64,000 nucleotides of DNA from a bacterium (GTDB lineage Bacteria > Electryoneota > JAOADG01), in NCBI GenBank assembly GCA_963681965.1, contig OY820579.1, positions 2,304,001 to 2,368,000 on the forward strand. The letters run 5' to 3'. This document shows positions 1 through 9,689 of the stretch, one piece after another; the first letter of the stretch is position 1, and each line of letters opens with the position of its first letter. The notes beneath the pieces are model-generated. The model saw only the letters and a list, made by a program, of their open reading frames with translations. It was not told the DNA's origin and ran no database searches. The position numbers and the translations under genes were made by a program.

Positions 1-38
1 TCCCAACCGATCCATATTTGTTATTGATGAGGTTTATT

Positions 39-1712
39 ATGAAACTCAAGTTATATCTATTCGGAGCGATCGTTCTGCTCCTCTCCTTGGCGCTATTCGG
101 TTGCAACAAGGAAGATTCGAAAACAACCGACAATGGCATTGACACAACCGCTGCGGCGGCAAAAGTCAATGAAGCGAATCATCAGTTGGAATTGACGTTA
201 CAGTCGATTTTCTCCGGTCCGGAACCGGAACAGCCTTCCGACATCGATCTTTCGACACCATACGGTCTGTATATCCAAGCATTGGAAAAAGACCCGAACA
301 ATAAAACCGCAAACTTCGGCGCCGCGATTTTGGAGATCGTGATGATCTCGCGCGAAGCGCGCACCAACCAACTATTCACGGCATGGCGCGATTTCGGCGA
401 ACGCGACAGCATATTCGAAGTGGCTGCTCCGGCACTGTTTATGCGTAAACCGACAACCGTACAACCGGCACTCAAATTCGATGCGCTCGCGATGCCGTTA
501 TTCCCATCGCTGCTGATGTTGAACAATCCAGCGCGAATTCAGGAACTTGCCGTCGTCGATCCGACTATCGCCGATCTGCAGAATTTCGCCGCCACATCGT
601 TTTTACCGCGTATCAGCACTGCAATTTCGCGCTTGGAAGTCGTCACTCAGGATACCTCGTTCCGGTTTATCGTCACTGCGACTATGCAGAACGATACGCG
701 CGCCGATCCAGTCATCCTCGATTTGACTGAAATCTATGCGACGCTTGCCGGACTGAATGCCATCAAGGCAATGTTCCTGATGTTCACCTCGTACAATCTG
801 GATCCCGGTGGATTCACCGGCGCTGCCATGCAATCGGCGATGACGCGCAGCTCCAATTTCTTCGCGCTGACCTCGACCGGTTCCTCCAATATGCCGGCGG
901 CACGCACTGCGTGGCTCACCGCGCTCGATCGCCTCAATACGGCGATCTATCGCTTGGAACACGAAACCGGAAATCAGAGCCAACACTTGCTCAAGATCGC
1001 CGAACAGGATGGCGTCAAACGTAGCGAACTCGACTCGATCAAACTCTATTTGCCGAAGGTTCGCACTACATTCGAAACTTCGCAATTGTGGAATGTGAAA
1101 GTCCACTCCGGCGAAACGCACCACTTCGAAGATGTCCGCTTTTCGCTGAATTCGGTCTTTACCAGCCCGATTCAGAACATAAAGACACTCTTCCCGATGT
1201 ACGATGTCGTAATGGATACCGTCGAATATCATCGATCGACTTGGATCGAGGATACGGTCGTCGCGACTGTCAGTTTCAACGGACAGCTCTATTGGAATCG
1301 CAGTGTAACGTATCGCAACGGCGTTGCCAGCAACCAGAATTCCTATCAATCGATGGGTGTTCCCGCATTCGATACCTATTGGAACAACAAGATCGCATTG
1401 TACCGGAATAAACCGCAAGCGGAACTCCACATGTGGTGTAATGCTTACTTCAGTGCTTCCGGGTCGCACACGATCAAGGCACAATTCGAAGTCGATTATT
1501 ACGATATCCACTATCGGACACAGCCGATCATCACTTGGGCAGACACCTCGTTTGCAACGTGGCATATTCCCGATCCGACCATGGGCGGGCTATTGCCGGG
1601 TATGACCGACAGTGAAATGAAACGATTGATGGATATGCAGGCATCCGATTGGACGCGAACCATGACGATGCATTTCTGGGATGACGAAGCCGATTCGTCG
1701 TCTGCGCGGTAA
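39..1712 (+). CDS. Hypothetical lipoprotein (helical N-terminal region)
   Basis: Long ORF (track 18..1712). Likely ATG at 39 after GAGGT. Signal peptide with lipobox-like LFG-C. Stop overlaps the next start (TAATG). Confidence 0.75.
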   Translation: MKLKLYLFGAIVLLLSLALFGCNKEDSKTTDNGIDTTAAAAKVNEANHQLELTLQSIFSGPEPEQPSDIDLSTPYGLYIQALEKDPNNKTANFGAAILEIVMISREARTNQLFTAWRDFGERDSIFEVAAPALFMRKPTTVQPALKFDALAMPLFPSLLMLNNPARIQELAVVDPTIADLQNFAATSFLPRISTAISRLEVVTQDTSFRFIVTATMQNDTRADPVILDLTEIYATLAGLNAIKAMFLMFTSYNLDPGGFTGAAMQSAMTRSSNFFALTSTGSSNMPAARTAWLTALDRLNTAIYRLEHETGNQSQHLLKIAEQDGVKRSELDSIKLYLPKVRTTFETSQLWNVKVHSGETHHFEDVRFSLNSVFTSPIQNIKTLFPMYDVVMDTVEYHRSTWIEDTVVATVSFNGQLYWNRSVTYRNGVASNQNSYQSMGVPAFDTYWNNKIALYRNKPQAELHMWCNAYFSASGSHTIKAQFEVDYYDIHYRTQPIITWADTSFATWHIPDPTMGGLLPGMTDSEMKRLMDMQASDWTRTMTMHFWDDEADSSSAR

Positions 1713-3217
1713 TGCTCCAATTATTTCTGTTCGTTATGGCGACTCTGTTGATTTTCGGCAGAGTCGCCGTTGCTCTTCCGGTCGAGCTATCGGATCGATT
1801 GGTCGATTGGCATAGCCGCGAGCATTCGATGTCGTTTGCTCCGGTCAACGATTCCGCTTACATCGGTGTGACCTTCTCGGGAAAGTATTGCGACTGGTAT
1901 CGCACCGGGGGAATGGAGCAGGCGAATGCGTCATTCTCACGACAATTCTCCAGCAGCGCTTGGATGATCTATCCCAAACCAGTACCATGGCGTCTTTCTG
2001 CTGAACGATTCACATCCTTCACTCGCCTCAATCCAAAATTATCCGGAAATCCCGGATCGCTTCGCTCGATCGACGATGGCACCGGTATGAGTCTCAAAGT
2101 GCAGCCACTCTCATACTTGCAAGTGCAATCGCAGTTCCGATCGAATCATCGCGACTATGACGATCTCGGATTCAGTCTGCGTGGTTCTGTGCCGCGATAT
2201 GGCAGTGCCATAATCGGTTGGTCGCGTCTGACCGATCGCTCGGCGATTGCATTGGAGTGGGAAGGAAATCCTGCTGCGGTCGATCTGCATGTGTTGCAGG
2301 AGGGAATGACGGCGGGACTGATCACGAGCAAACGATTCGGTTTCCAAGTTGCAGCGGAAGGACGCAAAGCAAATTTGATTCGCAGTGAAGAGAATCCGAC
2401 GACACCGACCTATTCACCGTGGGGCAGTCTCGAATCGTATCGACTGGCGATGACGCATTACGACCGAAGCCGCTCGGTCACAGTCGGGGTGCGCGGCTGG
2501 AAAATGAATGCGATGGCGTACGGGATGCAGTACGATCTGACATTCTCGAAATTGACGTATCTCGATTTCCAGCATCACGGGGCATTTGGGAGTTATCACT
2601 ATCGCACCAACTGTGGTTCGGAAGTCGATTTCGGTGCCGAGTATATGCACTTCGAAGGGTATTCCCGGGGACATGTCGAATTCTATCCGTTCGTCTCGGG
2701 TTGGGTCTGGCTGCTCGGTTCGCGACGATTGTACATCGCGGATGCTGCCGGTTATCTCTGGCATTATCGATTTTCGGCACAGAAGAGTTTGAAGCTGCCG
2801 CGATTGCGGTACGGGCTTGCCGTCGATTTCTACGATGTTTGTCTCGATGGCTATTACAGCGATTGGCGACCCGCATTTTTAGTATTTGGCGTAGCCGATT
2901 TTCAGTCGGGACGGATCGCATTGCAGCGGGCGCAATTAGGGAAGCTGACTTTTTCGATTTCGGAATCATTTGAAACGGGATTCTCATTTCGCTATGAATT
3001 CCAACAACTATTTCCGATTCATACCACCAACCGTGCAAGTCCGACGGGTATTGCGACGGGACCGAGCAAATCAACTTCCGCGACGACCCGATCGTATGGC
3101 GGTGCCATTCACACACTCACCTTATCTCAAACCTTCGAACTGTTCCCTACCGAACAACCAGCCGAGCAGAAACCGATGAAGAGTAAAATGCGGATGCCGT
3201 ATAGGAAGAAAAAATAG
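1712..3217 (+). CDS. Hypothetical exported protein, probably outer-membrane beta-barrel
   Basis: 501-aa ORF with signal peptide and many aromatic-rich alternating segments. Translationally coupled to the lipoprotein. Confidence 0.6.
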   Translation: MLQLFLFVMATLLIFGRVAVALPVELSDRLVDWHSREHSMSFAPVNDSAYIGVTFSGKYCDWYRTGGMEQANASFSRQFSSSAWMIYPKPVPWRLSAERFTSFTRLNPKLSGNPGSLRSIDDGTGMSLKVQPLSYLQVQSQFRSNHRDYDDLGFSLRGSVPRYGSAIIGWSRLTDRSAIALEWEGNPAAVDLHVLQEGMTAGLITSKRFGFQVAAEGRKANLIRSEENPTTPTYSPWGSLESYRLAMTHYDRSRSVTVGVRGWKMNAMAYGMQYDLTFSKLTYLDFQHHGAFGSYHYRTNCGSEVDFGAEYMHFEGYSRGHVEFYPFVSGWVWLLGSRRLYIADAAGYLWHYRFSAQKSLKLPRLRYGLAVDFYDVCLDGYYSDWRPAFLVFGVADFQSGRIALQRAQLGKLTFSISESFETGFSFRYEFQQLFPIHTTNRASPTGIATGPSKSTSATTRSYGGAIHTLTLSQTFELFPTEQPAEQKPMKSKMRMPYRKKK

Positions 3218-3240
3218 TGCTTTGTACGTGGTGCTTGGTG

Positions 3241-4170
3241 TTGAATGATTGGTGGTTGGGATCGTATTGCTGTAGGTCGGAACTTGTTCTGACCACCTCC
3301 TGTGTCTTGTCTTTAGTGGTGCAGGCTCGGAGGTTTGTGCCCTTTGAATTCGGAGGTAAGGCTTCAGCCTGACAATTCTGTACAGTAGCGGCGGACTTTA
3401 GTCCGCGTATTTATCATCGTAGCCGCAGGCTTCAGACTGCGCTATTTTTTTGAATATAGTAGGGGCGACCCTCCGCGGTCGCCCGCATCTTTTTAGGACA
3501 CAAGAGGAGTCGGAATAAATTCCGACCTACGGAAAAGATCGGTGGTGGGGAATGGGTGGTAGGTGTTGGGAAAAGAAAAAAATACAAGAAGTGGTCAGAA
3601 CAAGTTCTGACCTACGGAAAAGAAGATGCTCGCTGGATTTGAGGTTTGTGCCCTTTGAATTCGGAGGTAAGGCTTCAGCCTGACAATTCTGTACGGTAGC
3701 GGCGGACTTTAGTCCGCGTATTTATCATCGTAGCCGCAGGCTTCAGACTGCGTTTTTTTGTTGAATCTTGTATCTTGTAGTAGGGGCGACCCTTCGCGGT
3801 CGCCCGCATCTTTTTAGGACACAAGAGGAGTCGGAATAAATTCCGACCTACGGAAAAGATCGGTGGTGGGGAATGGGTGGTAGGTGTTGGGAAAAGAAAA
3901 AAATACAAGAAGTGGTCAGAACAAGTTCTGACCTACGGAAAAGAAGATGCTCGCTGGATTTGAGGTTTGTGCCCTTTGAATTCGGAGGTAAGGCTTCAGC
4001 CTGACAATTCTGTACGGTAGCGGCGGACTTTAGTCCGCGTATTTATCATCGTAGCCGCAGGCTTCAGACTGCGCTTTTTTGTTGAATCTTGTATCTTGTA
4101 GTAGGGGCGACCCTCCGCGGTCGCCCGCATCTTTTTAGGACACAAGAGGAGTCGGAATAAATTCCGACAA
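3241..4170. repeat. Mosaic REP-like array with ~311-321-bp higher-order tandem duplication (about 2.6 units)
   Basis: GAGGTTTGTGCCCTTTGAATTCGG recurs at 3330, 3641 and 3962. Units contain GTAGCGGCGGACTTTAGTCCGC, GTAGGGGCGACCC(T/C)CCGCGGTCGCCC-type, GTCGGAATAAATTCCGAC and GGTCAGAACAAGTTCTGACC palindromes. Confidence 0.9.
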
Positions 4171-4368
4171 GCTTCCCTATGTACTAATCCCTGATAAAAC
4201 AATAGTATTGTAATATTGAAATCTTTTTGAAATCTGAAAATAATCTATTGCATTCTATTCGATCTGTTGCTACGTTATACTATACTATCAAACCAATCCG
4301 TAATCATTTCACCTGATTTTTCCGCCGATATTTTAATCTGTTGGATGTTTATTTGCCGTGGAGCTACG

Positions 4369-6477
4369 ATGAAATCCGACAACAAAAATCTTGCCTCTGT
4401 AGTATTTCTCCTATTCGTGATCAGTCTGCCGTTGACCGGCTTCGCACAAGGGTGGAATCGCTTTGTGATGAATCGTTCGATCGATCAAATCACATCGGTA
4501 AAATTCTTCGGTACCAATTCCGGTTGTATCGTCGGTAAAGAGGGCGTGATATACTATTCCTCCAATGGCGGTATCAGTTGGGAATCGCGGTATTGCGGAT
4601 CGCACGTCAATCTTACCGGTGTGACCATGACGAGCGACAATGCAATATACTGTATTGGTGACAATGGATTGATTAAGTATTCTTCCAACCGAGGCATGGT
4701 GTGGCAAAGTCAATCCAGTGGAATTTCCGATCAATTGAATGGGATTGATTTCGTAAATGGATTCACTGGTTGGATTGTCGGATCGAATGGACGGATTCTT
4801 CATACTTCCTCCGGCGGTTCGCTCTGGCAAATCCAAAATTCCGGTGTCGATCGCAATCTTCACGGACTCAGTTTTGCGAATAGTTCGGTAGGATTGATTG
4901 TCGGCGATTCCGGAACCATTCTCTCGACCATCGACGGTGGCGCCGAGTGGACTGCACGCAACAGTGGTACCACTACGCAACTCAACGGAGTGACTTTTTT
5001 CGGAACAACTCACGGTTGGGCTGTCGGGCAAAACGGTACGATCCTATATACTTCCAATGGCGGAGTCAATTGGACACCGCAGCAAAGTGGCGCGACTATT
5101 GAATTAACTGCCGTCTTTGCGAACAATTTAAATAGCTGCTGGGCAACTGCCATCGATGGTTCGCTATACAAAACCACTGATGCGGGTGTGCATTGGAATC
5201 GCTATGTACCACCGGTATTGTATGCATTGCTGGGATTATATTTTAACAATATTCAGGAAGGATGGGCAGTAGGGGATAGTTGCACGATTTTACACACGAC
5301 CAACGGCGGACTCGTATGGCAACAGTATACGATCGGGGCGACCGAGGATTTAAAACGGATTCAGTTCCTTGATCGCGATTACGGCTGGGGTGTCGGAGCA
5401 AATGGCAAAGTTGCCTACACCACAAATGGCGGTGCGCGATGGCAATTTCAATTCAGTACGACCTCCGATGAACTCATCGATCTGTCATTTCCCGATTGTC
5501 AGCACGGGTGGGCGATTAGTATGGAACGCGCGCTGACCCACACTACCGATGGAGGTGCGACTTGGAATAGTCAATCCAGCGCTGCATCGATGTTGACACT
5601 GACAGTGAGTTTTGCCGATTCCCTGCACGGTTGGATCATGGGATGGCTGGGTTTTATCTGTCATACGAACGATGGCGGTGTTACCTGGACGATGCAACGA
5701 CAGAACTCACCGGGGTGTTGTATCTATGGATCGTGTTGTCTCGATTCGAATATTGCATGGGGCTGTTCGGAAGAGGGTGAGATCTCGTGTACAGTCGATG
5801 GCGGTTCGACTTGGAGTGTGCACAGTCTCCCGGTATATGCCTGGTTGAACGATATCACTTTTGTCGATCCCCGACACGGTTGGACCATCGGTGAAGGGGG
5901 AGTGATTTATCGCTCGAATGATGGCGGGGTGACTTGGAGCCTTCAAGGCAGCAATACGAATGTTAAATTAAACAAGCTGGTATTCCTCGACACACTCAAC
6001 GGTTGGATCGTCGGAAATCAGGGAACGATTCTCCACACTACCGATGGTGGTAATATCTGGACCAATCAGCCCAGTGGTTACACCGGAAATTTGCGCGACG
6101 TGTCCTTCACCAATCGGGCTAGTGGCTGGATTGTCTGCGACTCCAGTGTAATCTTGCATACCAGCAATGGCGGGATAACCTACGTTACCGCGACACCTAC
6201 GCGATCGCTTCCATCGCAGATAACACTTCATCCAAACTATCCGAATCCATTCAATGCTACGACAGTGATCTCCTATGCGTTGCCGCAAACGGGAATGGTC
6301 GATCTCGCGATTTTCGATTTGCAAGGGCGCGCAGTGCAATCGTTGTATCAGGGCAAATTGAATGCAGGTGAGTACCGCGTAACCTTCGATGGTAAGAATC
6401 TCGCTTCAGGAACTTATTTTGTAAGGTTGCAGATCGGTATGTCAGTGCGAACACAGAAGATCGTGTTGTTGAAGTAG
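4369..6477 (+). CDS. YCF48/BNR-repeat beta-propeller protein with T9SS-type C-terminal sorting domain
   Basis: Repeated G-x-I-x-x-T-x-(D/N)-G-G-x-x-W and GWxVG motifs. C-terminal NYPNPFN...QKIVLLK. Likely ATG at 4369 after GGAG. Confidence 0.85.
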   Translation: MKSDNKNLASVVFLLFVISLPLTGFAQGWNRFVMNRSIDQITSVKFFGTNSGCIVGKEGVIYYSSNGGISWESRYCGSHVNLTGVTMTSDNAIYCIGDNGLIKYSSNRGMVWQSQSSGISDQLNGIDFVNGFTGWIVGSNGRILHTSSGGSLWQIQNSGVDRNLHGLSFANSSVGLIVGDSGTILSTIDGGAEWTARNSGTTTQLNGVTFFGTTHGWAVGQNGTILYTSNGGVNWTPQQSGATIELTAVFANNLNSCWATAIDGSLYKTTDAGVHWNRYVPPVLYALLGLYFNNIQEGWAVGDSCTILHTTNGGLVWQQYTIGATEDLKRIQFLDRDYGWGVGANGKVAYTTNGGARWQFQFSTTSDELIDLSFPDCQHGWAISMERALTHTTDGGATWNSQSSAASMLTLTVSFADSLHGWIMGWLGFICHTNDGGVTWTMQRQNSPGCCIYGSCCLDSNIAWGCSEEGEISCTVDGGSTWSVHSLPVYAWLNDITFVDPRHGWTIGEGGVIYRSNDGGVTWSLQGSNTNVKLNKLVFLDTLNGWIVGNQGTILHTTDGGNIWTNQPSGYTGNLRDVSFTNRASGWIVCDSSVILHTSNGGITYVTATPTRSLPSQITLHPNYPNPFNATTVISYALPQTGMVDLAIFDLQGRAVQSLYQGKLNAGEYRVTFDGKNLASGTYFVRLQIGMSVRTQKIVLLK

Positions 6478-6499
6478 TTCATAATATGAAGTAAATGAT

Positions 6500-7500
6500 C
6501 CGTTCGCGTATTTTTTTCCGAAGGGGCGTATGGCATACGCCCTTTTTTTGTCGCCGCAGGCTTTAGCCTGCGTTTTCTTTTCTTGAATTTTCTATCCTGC
6601 ATTAAGGGTGTTCCTCCGCGTCCGCTCGATCTTGTAATTTTTTTGGTAGCGGCGGACTTTAGTCCGCATATTGTTTTATTATGATTTTACAAGAATGGCG
6701 GACTGAAGTCCGCCGCTACCGAAAGAAAATCGAGATTGCTTCGTCTCTTCGGGCGCACTAGGTTGCGCCCTTCGATCCTCGCAACGACAAATCAGGATAC
6801 AGAATGCAGAAAGATACAAGGGGCGTTCCTCCGCGTCCGCCCGTATCTTGTAAGAGATGTACAACTTTGAATTTATTCTCGAGATTCTTGGAAATAATTT
6901 TCGATTGTAATTCCAGATACGTTTGCGCATCTTGACCGGACACGGGCAGACGCGTAAGAACGCCCAACCTTAAAGATAAGTCGGAATAGCTTCCGACCGA
7001 CGAAAAAAATGGGTGGTAGGTGTTAGGAAAAGATTAAAAAAGATACAAGAACGCAGGCTCGGAGGCCTGCGCCACCGAAAAGATGGGTGATGGGGAATGG
7101 GTAGTAGGTGATAGGAAAAGATGAAAAATACAAGAAGTGGTCAGAACAAGTTCTGACCTACGGAAAGGAAGATGCTAGCAAGCTCGGAGATCAGTGCCCT
7201 TTGTATTCTGAGGTTAGGCTTCAACCTGACAATTCTCTATGGTAGCGGCGGACTTTAGTCCGCGTATTTTTCCAAAGTATCCGCAGGATTTAGCCTGCGT
7301 TAATTCTTTCTTTGCATCTTGTATCCTGAAGTAGGGTGGCATCCCCGCATGCCCCCGTTCATTTTTGGACACAAGAGGAGTCGGAATAAATTCCGACCCA
7401 CCGAAAAGATGGGTGATGGGGAATGGGTAGTAGGTGATGGGAAAAATAAAAAAAATACAAGAAGTGGTCAGAACAAGTTCTGACCTACGGAAAGGAAGCA
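6500..7500. repeat. Mosaic REP-like array
   Basis: Chain of palindromes (GGGCGTATGGCATACGCCC, GCGGACTTTAGTCCGC, GCAGGCTTTAGCCTGC, GGTCAGAACAAGTTCTGACC, GTCGGAATAAATTCCGAC) with G-rich heptamer linkers. Confidence 0.9.
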
Positions 7501-7565
7501 AATCGCAGGAAGCTCGAAACCGCTAAAGTTATCTATTTAATAAATAACAGGATAAATCGATATAC

Positions 7566-7609
7566 TTGACTCGGTGTTAGTATTATTCTATATTTCGATA
7601 TATGTCGAA
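7566..7609 (+). promoter_or_regulatory. sigma70-type promoter plus palindromic operator over the ArsR start
   Basis: TTGACT (7566-71), 17 bp, TATATT (7589-94). Inverted repeat TTCGA-N6-TCGAA (7594-7609) spans the ATG at 7602. Confidence 0.6.
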
Positions 7610-8018
7610 CTATCGTAATCTTCCCGTCGAGCAGCTCGCTGCTCTCTTTAAAGCACTGTCCAATCCACAGCGACTCCAGATCTTCCTCAATGTCCTAGAT
7701 TGCTTTGAGGAATGCGGTTGCTGCGAAACGACTGTCGATGAAACCCGCTGCTGTGTCGGCGATGTCGGAACTGGACTGGATCTCGCGGCATCCACCATCT
7801 CGCATCACATCAAGGAACTGCGTCAAGCCGGTCTGCTGAAACTGAAGCGGCGCGGTCAGCGCATCGAGTGCTGGATCGAACCGAATGCGACGCGCGAGAT
7901 CGCACAATTTGTCGAATTGGTGCTCAGCAAATGCGTACGTCCGGAGCTGTGTTGCCCCGACGCAGCCGGCACAAGCTGTACACCTGCACAACCGCCTGAG
8001 GAGGGTACATCGAAATGA
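7602..8018 (+). CDS. ArsR/SmtB-family metalloregulator, Cys-rich
   Basis: FKALSNPQRLQI...CVGDV...STISHHIKELRQAGL HTH signature. CGCC, CC and CC clusters. Stop overlaps the hgcA start (ATGA). Confidence 0.9.
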   Translation: MSNYRNLPVEQLAALFKALSNPQRLQIFLNVLDCFEECGCCETTVDETRCCVGDVGTGLDLAASTISHHIKELRQAGLLKLKRRGQRIECWIEPNATREIAQFVELVLSKCVRPELCCPDAAGTSCTPAQPPEEGTSK

Positions 8019-9397
8019 GTCCTGTGATCATTCGCAAAAAACAGAGTTGTTGCGGTGGTGCATCCACTCACCATCCGGAAAAGGGATCGTGTTGCAACAG
8101 CACCACTGCTCCCGAACAAAAAGAAGCAAGCTGCGATTGTGACAGCCAAACCGCGAAACCCGCGAAAGAACCGTGCTGCAGCGCTTCCGCAGAATCTGCT
8201 AATACCGCAGTCACATGTGGTTGCAGCAGCGAAGCTAAAAAAACTGCCCCAGAAACCTGCGCCAGCAAAGCGACCGCCAAAGAACCGGAGTATAGCTGTG
8301 GTTGCGGTAGTTCAAGTGCTGCCACCATCGACTATGTTAGACCGAGCTTTCAGACCGGAACAATCTCGACGCCTGCCGGAGAAATTCCCCGGATTAGCAC
8401 GGAACTCACTACCTGCGATCGGTACGGCACATTCAAGGCGCGATGGGATATCAACCGCATGGCGTATGCCGTGGCACCGGGATTGTACGGTATCGGCAAT
8501 CCGACGCCGGAATCGCCGGTGTTGGTTACCGCGAATTATAAATTGACGTTCGATCGTGTCCGCAAACAACTCGCGGGACGGAATTTGTGGCTGATGGTGC
8601 TCGATTCGAAAGGGATTAATGTCTGGTGTGCCGCAGGAAAAGGGACATTCGGGACGGCAGAATTGGTGAATCGGATTACTGTGACACGACTGTCTGAAAT
8701 CGTCTCGCATCGCCGATTGATTTTGCCGCAACTGGGAGCGCCCGGTGTAAGCGGCTATCAGGTGTTCGAGCAGAGTGGTTTTCACGTCCAATTCGGTCCG
8801 GTACGATCGGAAGATCTTCCCACTTATTTGGATTCGAATTACAAAGTGACGCCGGAAATGCGCCGTGTACGGTTCGGATTGAAAGATCGGATTGTGCTCA
8901 TCCCCGTCGAATTGGTAGGTGGATTCAATCAGGCATCGCTGATTGCGATCGGTGCGATGCTGCTGGTTACTGTGTTGGCGGGATTCTTGACACCGGGAGG
9001 ATTTACTCTGCCGCATTTACTGGCGACGGCGATTCCTGCGATTTGTATTGTCCTCGGCTCATTTGTCGGTGGTTCGGTGTTGGGTCCAATTCTGTTGCCG
9101 ATTTTGCCCGGACGACGCTTCTCGATGAAAGGGGCTATCCTCGGAATGCTTATCGCGGCGGTGATCGGATTGGGTACTGGATGGATGCAAACACCGGGAG
9201 AGCATTGGGCGCAATTGGTTGCCGCCGGTTTGATTAGTGCGGCGATCACGAGCTATACGGTGCTCAATTTCACCGGATCAAGTACCTTCACGTCGCTCTC
9301 CGGTGTCTTGAAGGAGACCCGACAAGCGCTACCACTGCAGCTTGGGGCGAGTGTGACCGGTCTGGTGGTGTGGATTGTCGGAATGTGGATTGCATAA
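8015..9397 (+). CDS. hgcA: Mercury methylation corrinoid protein HgcA, with Cys-rich N-terminal extension
   Basis: TANYKLTFD and cap-helix motif NVWCAAGK (8618-8641) followed by GTFG. C-terminal multi-pass transmembrane domain with NFTGSSTFTSLSGV. Adjacent hgcB-type ferredoxin. Confidence 0.95.
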   Translation: MSPVIIRKKQSCCGGASTHHPEKGSCCNSTTAPEQKEASCDCDSQTAKPAKEPCCSASAESANTAVTCGCSSEAKKTAPETCASKATAKEPEYSCGCGSSSAATIDYVRPSFQTGTISTPAGEIPRISTELTTCDRYGTFKARWDINRMAYAVAPGLYGIGNPTPESPVLVTANYKLTFDRVRKQLAGRNLWLMVLDSKGINVWCAAGKGTFGTAELVNRITVTRLSEIVSHRRLILPQLGAPGVSGYQVFEQSGFHVQFGPVRSEDLPTYLDSNYKVTPEMRRVRFGLKDRIVLIPVELVGGFNQASLIAIGAMLLVTVLAGFLTPGGFTLPHLLATAIPAICIVLGSFVGGSVLGPILLPILPGRRFSMKGAILGMLIAAVIGLGTGWMQTPGEHWAQLVAAGLISAAITSYTVLNFTGSSTFTSLSGVLKETRQALPLQLGASVTGLVVWIVGMWIA

Positions 9398-9409
9398 TCG
9401 GAGGAAATC

Positions 9410-9688
9410 ATGCGCTATCTGGAAAATGAAGTCACGTTGGAATTCAATCCCGACTTATGCAACGGTTGTGCACTCTGTGTCGCGGTATGTCCGCATGGTG
9501 TGTTTGCGATGCAGCAGAAACGGGCAGCGTTGGTCGATCGCGGTGCTTGCATGGAGTGCGGTGCCTGCGAAAAGAATTGCGAACGGCATGCAATCACGGT
9601 TCGTGCCGGTGTGGGTTGTGCTGCAGCCGTGATCAACGGGTGGTTGCGGAAATCCGAACCGACCTGCGATTGTGGTGGAGCATGCTGA
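9410..9688 (+). CDS. hgcB: Mercury methylation 2x[4Fe-4S] ferredoxin HgcB
   Basis: Two CxxCxxCxxxC motifs (CNGCALCVAVCP, CMECGACEKNC), GVGCAAAVING and a C-terminal Cys tail. GGAGG RBS. Confidence 0.95.
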   Translation: MRYLENEVTLEFNPDLCNGCALCVAVCPHGVFAMQQKRAALVDRGACMECGACEKNCERHAITVRAGVGCAAAVINGWLRKSEPTCDCGGAC

Positions 9689-9689
9689 A

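Noticed and set aside
603-1565. 320-aa minus-strand ORF
   Set aside because: Antisense shadow fully inside the lipoprotein gene, with no recognisable motifs.
8015-9397. CdhE/AcsC corrinoid Fe-S protein rather than HgcA
   Set aside because: The Cys-containing cap helix, C-terminal membrane domain and adjacent HgcB-type ferredoxin are diagnostic of HgcA.
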